NCBI GenBank assembly: GCA_014874255.1
Contig: JACWAN010000096.1
Coordinates: 1-42,675 of the forward strand
DNA length: 42,675 nucleotides
From: Candidatus Woesearchaeota archaeon
GTDB lineage: Archaea > Nanobdellota > Nanobdellia > Woesearchaeales > UBA525
Direction: 5' to 3'
Shown piece by piece: positions 26,721 to 35,247 of the stretch (the stretch's first letter is position 1; each line of letters starts with the position of its first letter). The notes beneath the pieces were generated by a model. It saw only the letters and a list, made by a program, of their open reading frames with translations. It had not been told where the DNA came from and ran no database searches. The position numbers and the translations under genes are program-made.

Positions 26721-26874
26721 TTATTCGTCGCTGCACGAGCACGTACCGCAGTCGCTGCTGCTCCTGCGCACGAATCAAAGATTCGTTGCGCCGCTGTGCG
26801 CGGATATCGTCACGACGCGAGGAAGGACAGTGTCTCGTGCAGAAAAAGTCGCTTCTTAAAGAAAGACGGTCTGC

Positions 26875-27579
26875 TCAGCTCTTTATCTCCCGTCCTTTCC
26901 TGCGTTTCATCCGGATGATATCCCGCAGGATGCGGAACGCGCCGAAGACGGACTGTCCCTTCTGCGTGGCGTACTCGTCGTACGTGATCGTCACGGGCAC
27001 CTCGACGTGGCGCAGCCCTTTCAGCTTCACCTCGTAGACGATCTCCGAGGCGTGCGCCATCCGGTCCTGCGCGATCTCGATCTTCTCGGCAGCCGTCCGC
27101 GAGAGTGCGCGGAACCCGTTATGCACGTCCGTCAATTTGACGCCGAGGAGGACGCGCTCGACGAGAAGCGAGCCCTTGAGCGTGACCCATTTGTACCACG
27201 GGATGCCCGGCGCTTTCCCGAGGAAGCGCGAGCCGAGCGCGATGTCCGCCTCGCCGTTCAGGACGGGCGCGACCAATCGTTTGATCTCTGCCGCTTTGTG
27301 CTGGCCGTCGCCGTCGAACGTGACGATGACGTCCGCTCCTTTCTTGAGGGCCGCCCGGATGCCGGTCCGCAGGCTGGCGCCCTGGCCCTGGTTGACGGGA
27401 TGCCGGATGACGGTCGCGCCGGCCTTCCTCGCCGCCGCTCCGGTCTCGTCCTTGCTGCAGTCGTCCACGACGATGACGTCCCGGTAGCCGTGTTTCGCGA
27501 GGCCCTTGACGACCGTCGAGATCCGCTTCTCCTCGTTGTACGCGGCGACGACGATGAGGATGCGTGGCTTCGTCATCAT
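26875..27579 (-). CDS. GT2 glycosyltransferase (DPM1-like, lipid-phosphate sugar transferase)
   Basis: AYNEE, VVDDCSKD, NQGQGASL, TFDGDGQH, GSRF, TDVHNGFRA. Confidence 0.92.
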   Translation of the reverse strand: MMTKPRILIVVAAYNEEKRISTVVKGLAKHGYRDVIVVDDCSKDETGAAARKAGATVIRHPVNQGQGASLRTGIRAALKKGADVIVTFDGDGQHKAAEIKRLVAPVLNGEADIALGSRFLGKAPGIPWYKWVTLKGSLLVERVLLGVKLTDVHNGFRALSRTAAEKIEIAQDRMAHASEIVYEVKLKGLRHVEVPVTITYDEYATQKGQSVFGAFRILRDIIRMKRRKGREIKS

Positions 27580-28040
27580 TCAGCCTCCACCCCGCGTCGT
27601 ATCGTCGTGATCCGCTCTTCCGTCAGCGTGCGGACGAGACGCTTCATCTCCAGGACGAAATCGACGAGCGCTGCGTGGTCGAGCGGCACTTCCTTGTTTT
27701 TCAGGTAGTATTGGTTGTCAATGCGAAGCTCCTTGTCCGCGATGAGCATCGCCGCGGTCCCTTTCGTGAGCAGCCCTTCCTGTTCGAGGGCTTCTGCGAC
27801 GGCGAGCGTGCATTCGTGGATCTCCGATCGGATGCCGAGCCGCATCATCACCGCGTAGAACGCGAAATACTCACAGTAGTATTTCGTCGTGGCAAGCCAC
27901 ATCCGCGAGCGCCCTTCAATCCGTTCCAGTATTTCGAGCGTCTCCTCCGAGTTCCGGAGGTATTCCTGCGCGAGGTTCCCGTTCGGCCTGACGAGGCGGA
28001 TGCCCCTCTCTTTCTTCCTGCACCAGTCCAGCGTCACCAT
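27576..28040 (-). CDS. HEPN domain protein
   Basis: YYCEYFAFYAV..LGIRSEIHECT, KELRIDNQYY; coupled downstream of the MNT gene. Confidence 0.8.
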   Translation of the reverse strand: MVTLDWCRKKERGIRLVRPNGNLAQEYLRNSEETLEILERIEGRSRMWLATTKYYCEYFAFYAVMMRLGIRSEIHECTLAVAEALEQEGLLTKGTAAMLIADKELRIDNQYYLKNKEVPLDHAALVDFVLEMKRLVRTLTEERITTIRRGVEAE

Positions 28041-28594
28041 GCCAGCCACCGTACCGCATCCTCGCTCCCGCGGAGGAGCAGATGGTTCTTAATGATTTCG
28101 CGCTTCAGGGCGGAGGTTATCCGGTCGAACCGTTTGACGTGGATGAGATGGACCTCTTTCCGGTAGCGTTCGGAAAAGGCGGTGAACGGGATGCTCTCCC
28201 CAATGAGCAGCAGGTCGAGGTCGTGCGCTTTCTTGACGCTCGTGGTCGCGGAGCCGAAGAGGATCGCGGCCGTCCCGTCCGGGAGCTTCTCGCGGAGCAG
28301 CGTCACGAGCTCGAGGAGGAGCGGTTCCTCTTCGCAGCGCGCGAGCAGCTTTGTCTTCTCCGCGATGATGAGGTGCTCTGTCAGGCCGGGGTGCTCCTTG
28401 TTGAGTCGGAAGAACGTCATGTTTCCTTTCTGCCGCTTCTTGAGGATGCCGTCGGCGACGAGCGGCGCCAGCTTCAGCCGGAGCGTCGTGTGCGGCATCC
28501 CTTGCTCTTTCGCGAGCGCGGAGAGGTGGAGCTCCTCGTCCGGGTTTGAGAGGAACGGTTCGAGGACAGATTTTTCTGTCATTTTTTTGACCAT
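28034..28594 (-). CDS. HTH-fused minimal nucleotidyltransferase (MNT)
   Basis: N-terminal wHTH (ELHLSALAK..HTTLR..LVADGIL), then ILFGS.....DLDLLLI and EIIKNH. Confidence 0.85.
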   Translation of the reverse strand: MVKKMTEKSVLEPFLSNPDEELHLSALAKEQGMPHTTLRLKLAPLVADGILKKRQKGNMTFFRLNKEHPGLTEHLIIAEKTKLLARCEEEPLLLELVTLLREKLPDGTAAILFGSATTSVKKAHDLDLLLIGESIPFTAFSERYRKEVHLIHVKRFDRITSALKREIIKNHLLLRGSEDAVRWLAW

Positions 28595-28645
28595 TCTGTT
28601 AATATAATGACAATTACTATTTAAGATTGTCGGTTCGAGCAGGGG

Positions 28646-28778
28646 CATCATCGCCACGCCCGGTTCGCTCTCCGCTTCAGTCTCGGATAGTGCGGGTCCT
28701 CCCCGTAGGGGGCATCCCCGACCGCACTCGCTTCGTTCTTCGCTTCACCACTCACCCCTAAGGGCGGCGGCGATGATA
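28646..28778 (-). repeat. Family C rod-hairpin repeat, copy C2
   Basis: Reverse complement aligns to 16208-16338 (GGGTGAG, GAAGCG.GTGCGG, CGGGGAGGACCCGCAC, AAGCGGAGAGCGAAC, GGCGATGATG). Confidence 0.8.
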
Positions 28779-28828
28779 CCTGAGAGAAGAATGAAGAGAG
28801 AAAAATAAAAGCTGTTTTTCACTCAGGT

Positions 28829-31762
28829 TCACGCGAGGCCGAGCGCCTGCATCTTCGACCAGTCGACCTTCCAGACGATGATCCGCGTGCCCATGAAGTC
28901 CGTGACGTCGCTGAACTTCTGGAACGCGCCGGTGCCGTCGCCGTCGAGGAAGAAGAGCCGCGTGAAGAGCGAGCCGGCGTTCTCCGGCGCTGTCAGGAGG
29001 ACGCGCGGGTTCGCGGGGTCGCGCAGGTCGACGAGGAACGATTCGCCGAGCGTGCCGCCGGTCTCCACCGTCTCGACGGTGCCGTTCAGCGCGAGCACGA
29101 TGCTCGTCGGCCTGACGTCGTTGTTCTGCCCGGTGAGCTGGCCCTGGGCGTTGTAGAACCCGAGCGAGACGAAGGACCGGTTCACCGCGGACTCGTTCAG
29201 GACGAAGCCGTTGAGGACGATGTTCACGCCCTGCTGCTGGCCCACCTGGACGTTGAGCGTGCAGAGGTAGACGGAGTCGTTCTGCTGGGAGTGGACGCAG
29301 TTGCTCCACGAGGAGGACGGGTAGCCGGGCCACGGCGCGATCCAGTTGTTGACCGAGGTCTGGTCGCCGAGGGTCTGCAGCTGGTAGTAGAGGTTCTTCG
29401 CGTCCGCCTCGCTCAGGTTGTACTTCGCCGCCATCGCCGGGATCGCGGTGTCCTGCGGCTGGGCGCGGAAGTTGACGTACGCGTCGGCCCGCGTGAAGTT
29501 CCAGGAGCCGAAGTGGCCCCAGACGCCGCCCTTGCCGACCATGTCGCCGCTCGTGATGAAATAATCGTCCGGCGGCTGGCAGACCGTGTGGTTCAGCACG
29601 GTCTGCGCCTGTTCCTCTGAGAGGCCGTTGGCGAGGAGCGTCTGGTGCGCCTGCGCCGGCGGCATCATGATGATCCGCTTGGTGAGCATGATCGCTTGGT
29701 ACTGGTCGTGGCCGGGTAGGCCGTCCTGGACGTCCTGCGCGCCCTGGTAGTTGCCGCAGTCCATCATCCGGAGGATGCCGAGCGCCTCGGTCTCGTTCGG
29801 CGTGAGGAGCGCCTCGCCGATCCAGTGCGCGTCCGATCCCATCTGGGAGGCGCCGTCGAACGTGACCCGCCGGTCCGCGATGTCCTTGAACCAGTGGCCG
29901 AAGTCCCACCACGAGTTGATGATCGCGTCAGGCGCGGTGTTCTGCTTGATGTTCGTGAGCGTGTCGTACCATGGCTTCGTGATGATTGGCGCGGACTGCT
30001 GCCCGGCCTGGTAGCCCTGGATCGTGATCGGGATGAGCGCCAGCGAGAGGATGACGAAGAGCGCCGGCACGACCCACGCCTTCGAGAGGTTGAGATGCCC
30101 GACCAGCCAGTCCTTCAGGATGCTGTAGACCGCGCCGGCGGAGATGGCCGCTCCCACGATGAGCGGCGGGAGCACCATGATGATGAACCGGACGCCTTTC
30201 GTCATGGTGAAGATCGACGCTGCCAGCCAGACGGCGATGAAGATCGCGTACTTCACGTCGATGGCGCGGTCGTCCTTGAGGAGGAGGAGGCCGCCGACGA
30301 TGACCGGCAGGCCCATGACCGCGAGGAACCAGAGGATGGAGAGCGACGTGCCTGCCGGGGAGGTGAGGTAGAGGAAGACCGCGAGGCCGAAGCCGAGCAG
30401 CGTCCAATCCTTCCACCGCAGCTCTTTGCGCGGCACGAGGGAGAAGAGCATCCCCATCAGGCCGAGGATGAAGATGAGCTCGCCCCCGGTCGCGTTGACG
30501 ATGTCCGCGATGCTCGGCTGGTTCAGTTCAGCGACGGTGGTGAGGACGTTCGGCCAGATCTGCCCCGCCTGCGCCGCCGCCTTGAAGTCTGCGGTGACCG
30601 CGAACGCGCTGACCGGACCCTGGATGAAATTCGGGAGCCCGACGAAGAGCGCGATGAAGAGCCCGTCGACGATGAGGAAGCCGGCGAGCATGATGAGCGA
30701 CCACGTCACCTCCTTGTTCCTGGCGAGGCTCTTGAGGTCGCCTTTCTGGAGGAAGTGCCGCAGGACCTGGTAGATGAAATAGGAGACGACGACGATGAGG
30801 AAGATGTCGAAGAAGAACCACCAGTACCCCCACGTCAGGGCGAACAGCCCGAAGACGAGGCCGGAGGCGACGAGCCAGATGGAACGTTTGAGCCACGTCC
30901 CCGCTTCGAACGCCTCGAGGAAGAGCCACGCGATCGTGATGGGGAAGAAGAGCTGCAGTACGTGCGTCGACGCGTAGCCCGCTGCCGATTGGGTGATGTA
31001 CGACGGATGCACGGCGAGGAGCAGCGCGGCGAAGAAGCCTGCGAAGAGGCCTTCCCGCCAGCCCATGAAGAACGCGGGGATGACTGCGAGTGCCGCGAAC
31101 AGGAGGGGCATCCAGAAGAGGGTGTACATCGGCGTCGTCTGGAAGCCCAAGGCAGTTTCTGCCTTGTAGACGTACGCGGTGAACGTGGTGTACGCGTCCC
31201 AGTTCGTCGGGACGCCGAGCGGGGCGAGCATGTGCATGTTCCACGGCACCCCGTCGACCACCTTGTCGCCCGGGTACCCGTTCTTGACGATCTGCTCGAC
31301 CTTGAGGAGGTTGTAGTACGTGTCGATGTCCGGCAGGAGGGTGTGGCCGTTGCTGTCCTCCAGCTGCGACTTGAAGTAAGCCGCTGTTTGTGTGATCTGG
31401 CTGTCGATCTCCTTCTTGGTGGCGGGGTCCGCCAGCGCTTTCTGGTACTGCTGCGTGACGAGCTGCTGCTTGTTCGCCGACGGGAGGTTGGGGTACTGCT
31501 GGCTGATCTGCGCGCCGATAGAGTTCTGGATGTTCGCGTCGACCGAGCTCTTCGCCCATTGCTGCGTGACCGGCAGCCAGTACGTGGGGGCGCGGAACAG
31601 GACGGAGACGAGGAGGGGGAGGAGGAGGAGCGCGATGGTGAAGCCGACGACAATCTTCCGCTCGTGCCGCTCGACGAACGCGCCGGTCTTCTCGGCGAAC
31701 GCCGAGGGCTCGTGCCGCTTCGGCTTCTCCTTGCTCTCCGTCAGCAGTCTCTTGCGTGCCAC
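28829..31762 (-). CDS. aglB: Archaeal oligosaccharyltransferase (STT3 family)
   Basis: DIDTYY (DxD), TTVAEL (TIxE-like), SWWDFGHW (WWDYG motif), DG, DMVGK; many TMs; GTG start with GGGGTGG SD and TTTTAAA box. Confidence 0.95.
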   Translation of the reverse strand: MARKRLLTESKEKPKRHEPSAFAEKTGAFVERHERKIVVGFTIALLLLPLLVSVLFRAPTYWLPVTQQWAKSSVDANIQNSIGAQISQQYPNLPSANKQQLVTQQYQKALADPATKKEIDSQITQTAAYFKSQLEDSNGHTLLPDIDTYYNLLKVEQIVKNGYPGDKVVDGVPWNMHMLAPLGVPTNWDAYTTFTAYVYKAETALGFQTTPMYTLFWMPLLFAALAVIPAFFMGWREGLFAGFFAALLLAVHPSYITQSAAGYASTHVLQLFFPITIAWLFLEAFEAGTWLKRSIWLVASGLVFGLFALTWGYWWFFFDIFLIVVVSYFIYQVLRHFLQKGDLKSLARNKEVTWSLIMLAGFLIVDGLFIALFVGLPNFIQGPVSAFAVTADFKAAAQAGQIWPNVLTTVAELNQPSIADIVNATGGELIFILGLMGMLFSLVPRKELRWKDWTLLGFGLAVFLYLTSPAGTSLSILWFLAVMGLPVIVGGLLLLKDDRAIDVKYAIFIAVWLAASIFTMTKGVRFIIMVLPPLIVGAAISAGAVYSILKDWLVGHLNLSKAWVVPALFVILSLALIPITIQGYQAGQQSAPIITKPWYDTLTNIKQNTAPDAIINSWWDFGHWFKDIADRRVTFDGASQMGSDAHWIGEALLTPNETEALGILRMMDCGNYQGAQDVQDGLPGHDQYQAIMLTKRIIMMPPAQAHQTLLANGLSEEQAQTVLNHTVCQPPDDYFITSGDMVGKGGVWGHFGSWNFTRADAYVNFRAQPQDTAIPAMAAKYNLSEADAKNLYYQLQTLGDQTSVNNWIAPWPGYPSSSWSNCVHSQQNDSVYLCTLNVQVGQQQGVNIVLNGFVLNESAVNRSFVSLGFYNAQGQLTGQNNDVRPTSIVLALNGTVETVETGGTLGESFLVDLRDPANPRVLLTAPENAGSLFTRLFFLDGDGTGAFQKFSDVTDFMGTRIIVWKVDWSKMQALGLA

Positions 31763-31825
31763 ACAACCACCCCGCTTGGTTGTTTCCGGCAGCGACAGAC
31801 GATTTAAAAACTTAATGAAAAGGTT

Positions 31826-31990
31826 GGCTCTTAGGCAAATGGTGTGTCGCCAGCCAAAGGGCGAGGCATGCAAAGAAAACGGCGGAAGAGGTCGGGGGGT
31901 TGCCCCATCCGGGGGTGACCGGTGCAGTGACTTTCCGAGCGATTGCCGAGCAGCCGGAGACACCGCCGGAGGCGAATTCGCCTAAGAGCC
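31826..31990 (+). mobile_element. MITE family B, copy B3 (165 bp)
   Basis: TIR GGCTCTTAGGCAAAT / ATTCGCCTAAGAGCC; 9-bp TSD GAAAAGGTT at 31817-31825 and 31991-31999. Confidence 0.92.
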
Positions 31991-32024
31991 GAAAAGGTTC
32001 TTGTTAGGAAGTTCTCTTTCGAAG

Positions 32025-32173
32025 GGGCGCTGCCTTGGAACGATTTGCCGGGCGCGAGCATACTCGCTCCGTTCGTAGTGTTCGCTTCGCGAACAGATGC
32101 GGCCGCGGCCGCATAATCCTGAGCGTCCGACAATGCCCCGGACCGGAGGGAGGATAGATACTCCGCAGCACCC
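32025..32173 (+). repeat. Family A structured repeat, copy A3
   Basis: Conserved blocks as in A1 and A2; closing stem GGGCGCTGC/GCAGCACCC. Confidence 0.8.
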
Positions 32174-32240
32174 GAGAAAGCCTGTTCAACAGGCCGCGAG
32201 GCAGGCAGATTTAAAAAAGAGCCCGTCCCTTCCGCCAGCG

Positions 32241-33371
32241 ATGGCGAGGGGAAAACCGGCGTCTGCGTCCCGGCGCAGGGAAGACCGCGAAAACGGCAAG
32301 CGCGTCCTCCTCTGCGCGAACTACTTCCTGCCGCACCGGGACGGCGTCGCGAACTACGCTTCCAGTCTCGCACGCCACCTCTCGAAACTCGGCAACGATG
32401 TCACGATCCTCACGTTCAACACCGATAATGTCGCTTCTGATGAGCGATGGGAAGGGATGCGCGTCGTCCGTCTCCCGTGCAGGAACCTCCTCTCCGGGAC
32501 GTACACGCTGCCGAAGAAGAACGAGGAATACTCGCGTCTCTCCTCCTCCCTCGGAAAATTTGATACGATTATCACGAACACGCGGTTCTTCCCGATGACA
32601 TGGCTCGGCGGCCGGCTCGCAAGGAAGACCGGCGCACGTTGGATCCACGTCGAGCACGGCAACCGGTTCGTGAAGCACCAGAACCCGTTCGTCTCGCTCG
32701 TCGCGTGGCTCGTCGACCAGACGCTCGGCAAGTGGGTCTTCCGCTCGGCAAACATCACCGTCGGCATCGCGCCAGCGAACGTCGCGTTCGCGCGCCGCAT
32801 GGGCGCGAAAAAAACAGCCTACATCCCGAACGCGATTGAGCTCGAACGGTTCAAGAAGGTGAAGACCGACCTCCGCGAACGGCTCGGCATCGCTCCTGAA
32901 GAGAAGGTTGTCGTCTTCACCGGCCGGCTCATCAAGATGAAAGGCGTGCACGACCTCATCGACGCGATGAAAGGCGTCGACGCCTGCCTCCTCGTCGTCG
33001 GCGACGGCCCAGAACGCCCGCGGCTGGAAACGCAGGCGAAGGAAGCCGGCGTCCGCGCACATTTCCTCGGCAAGCAGGACGAGCACGGCGTCATCGAAGC
33101 GCTCTCCATCGCCGACGTCTTCGTCAACCCATCCTACAGCGAAGGCATGCCGACAAGCGTCCTCGAAGCCGCGGCGATGGGACTGCCGATCGTCGCCACC
33201 GACGTCGGCGGGACAAAGGAGATACTCACGAAGGAGGAACTGATCACACCCGGTGACTCTCAGGGACTAGTCCGGATAATCAAGAACAAGCTCAAGGAGC
33301 GAGGGCGGAAGAGGAACCTGACGCGCTTCACATGGGATGAGAACGCGAAACGGTTCGAGGGGATACTGTGA
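32241..33371 (+). CDS. GT4 family glycosyltransferase
   Basis: YFLPHRDGV, FTGRLIKMKG, VGDGP, NPSYSEGMPTSVLEA (EX7E), ATDVGG; TTTAAAAA box at 32210-32217. Confidence 0.93.
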   Translation: MARGKPASASRRREDRENGKRVLLCANYFLPHRDGVANYASSLARHLSKLGNDVTILTFNTDNVASDERWEGMRVVRLPCRNLLSGTYTLPKKNEEYSRLSSSLGKFDTIITNTRFFPMTWLGGRLARKTGARWIHVEHGNRFVKHQNPFVSLVAWLVDQTLGKWVFRSANITVGIAPANVAFARRMGAKKTAYIPNAIELERFKKVKTDLRERLGIAPEEKVVVFTGRLIKMKGVHDLIDAMKGVDACLLVVGDGPERPRLETQAKEAGVRAHFLGKQDEHGVIEALSIADVFVNPSYSEGMPTSVLEAAAMGLPIVATDVGGTKEILTKEELITPGDSQGLVRIIKNKLKERGRKRNLTRFTWDENAKRFEGIL

Positions 33372-33393
33372 GCGCCAATAAAACAGATGAGAT

Positions 33394-34182
33394 ATGAGCG
33401 ATATGAATTTCTCTGCTTTACGGGAAAAGTTTCGATACGGCCGGGGCCTCATCCGAATAGCTCGGAACTGGCCCGAGCTGCTTCTCTGGAACTTCGGCGT
33501 CCTCAAAGGGCAGTTCCGTGTGGCCCATCTGCGTTCAGGATTGCGTTTCAAGCTTCGATGGCGGAACGCGGATCTTTCCATGCTCTCGGAAGTTATTGGA
33601 TTGGGTATTTATGATCAGGTCCTTCCTCCAGGAAACGAGGTTGAAGGGGTAATCATCGACATCGGCGCTCATCTCGGGTTCTTCTCCTTGGAGATGGGTC
33701 GCCGTTTCCCTTCCGCGAAAGTCTACGCTTTCGAGCCGTTTCCGGAGAACTATGCTTTGCTCCGAGAGAATCTTGGTCTGAACGAGGTCTCGAATGTCAC
33801 CGCACACAATCTCGCCGTCGCAGGCAAGACAGGCAGCATATCGTTCTTTCCCGTCGAAGAGCATTCTGGTTGCCACAGTATGTACGACCGTGAAGGGGCG
33901 GGTGCCCCTATCAAGGTCGAGGCGACGACGCTCGCTACAATCTTCAAGCGAGAGAGGATACGCCGGTGCTCTTTTCTGAAGATGGATTGCGAAGGCGCAG
34001 AATTCCCGATACTGCTCAGCTCTTCGGACGCGACGCTCCATAAAGTAGATCGGATCGCGATGGAATTTCACGAGTATCTCGCGAAGAAACCTGTGGAATC
34101 GCTCGTCAAGCGGCTCAGGAACGCGGGGTTCTCTGTGCGCCTCGATAGAAAATACAGTTTTCTCTATGCGCGGAGAAAATAA
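33394..34182 (+). CDS. FkbM family methyltransferase
   Basis: IIDIGAHLG.FS, YAFEP, LKMDCEGAE, MEFH. Confidence 0.92.
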   Translation: MSDMNFSALREKFRYGRGLIRIARNWPELLLWNFGVLKGQFRVAHLRSGLRFKLRWRNADLSMLSEVIGLGIYDQVLPPGNEVEGVIIDIGAHLGFFSLEMGRRFPSAKVYAFEPFPENYALLRENLGLNEVSNVTAHNLAVAGKTGSISFFPVEEHSGCHSMYDREGAGAPIKVEATTLATIFKRERIRRCSFLKMDCEGAEFPILLSSSDATLHKVDRIAMEFHEYLAKKPVESLVKRLRNAGFSVRLDRKYSFLYARRK

Positions 34183-34260
34183 CAATCTCTTTTTGGATAA
34201 AAAGCAACGTTATAAATATGCAGATAAACACTGTTGGTGAGGATATATGGGGCGTTGACG

Positions 34261-35193
34261 ATGAAGGTCTTGGTGACTGGCGCGACCGGCTTTGTCGGTG
34301 CGAATCTCGTTCGGGCGCTTGTACAGCGCGGCGATGATGTGTTTGTTGTTGTCCGTCCTGAATCGAACCGCTGGCGCCTCTCGGACGTCGCCTCCAAGCT
34401 GACCTTCGTCACGTGCGACCTGCTCGACGCGAAAGCCGTCGAACGCGTCCTCGACGAGACGAAGCCGGAGATCATCTTCCACTGCGCGGTCTACGGCGGC
34501 TTCCCTGAAGAGAAGGACCTCGACAGGATATGCGCGACGAACATCACCTCCACCATCCTGCTGTTCAACGCGGCGGCGAAACGGAACGTGAAGTTCATCA
34601 ACATCAGTTCCTCATCGGAATACGGCCTGAAAGAACATCCCATGAAGGAGGATGACGCGCTCGCTCCGACGACCGATTACGGCGTGTCGAAAGCGACGGC
34701 AACCAGGTATGTCAGCCTGATGGCGAAGAAGGACGGCACGCCCGCGATCACGCTACGCCTCTTCTCCCCGTTCGGCTATTACGAATCCAAGAACCGGCTT
34801 TTTCCTTCCATCCTGTTGAACATCGTCCGCGGCCAGGACATCACGATCGGAGACCCTTCCTCCGCGAGGGATTTCATCTTCATAGCCGACGCGGTGGACG
34901 GCATTCTCACCCTCGCGGAACGCTGCGCTGAGTATCCGGGAGAGGTCTTCAACATCGGCACCGGCACCCAGCGCACCGTGGGCGAGATCGCCGAGCTCGC
35001 GCTGAAGGCGTCGGGCAAAGACCTCAAGATCGTCTCGGGGAACTCGACGACGCGCGCGTACGACGCGCGCACATGGGTTGCGGACATGGACAAGACGTTC
35101 AGCCGCGTCGAGTGGCGGCCAGAAACGCCAATAGAAGAGCATATTGCGGAATTACTCAGATGGTTTGAGGAGAACGAATCATTGTACCCCTAA
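34261..35193 (+). CDS. NAD-dependent nucleotide-sugar epimerase/reductase
   Basis: VTGATGFVG, SSSSEYG, YGVSK, LRLFSPFG, RDFI. Confidence 0.9.
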   Translation: MKVLVTGATGFVGANLVRALVQRGDDVFVVVRPESNRWRLSDVASKLTFVTCDLLDAKAVERVLDETKPEIIFHCAVYGGFPEEKDLDRICATNITSTILLFNAAAKRNVKFINISSSSEYGLKEHPMKEDDALAPTTDYGVSKATATRYVSLMAKKDGTPAITLRLFSPFGYYESKNRLFPSILLNIVRGQDITIGDPSSARDFIFIADAVDGILTLAERCAEYPGEVFNIGTGTQRTVGEIAELALKASGKDLKIVSGNSTTRAYDARTWVADMDKTFSRVEWRPETPIEEHIAELLRWFEENESLYP

Positions 35194-35247
35194 ACATCCC
35201 CTCTCGAGGATGCATTCATCCATAGGGGTTTGTTGTGTCTCCCGTAT

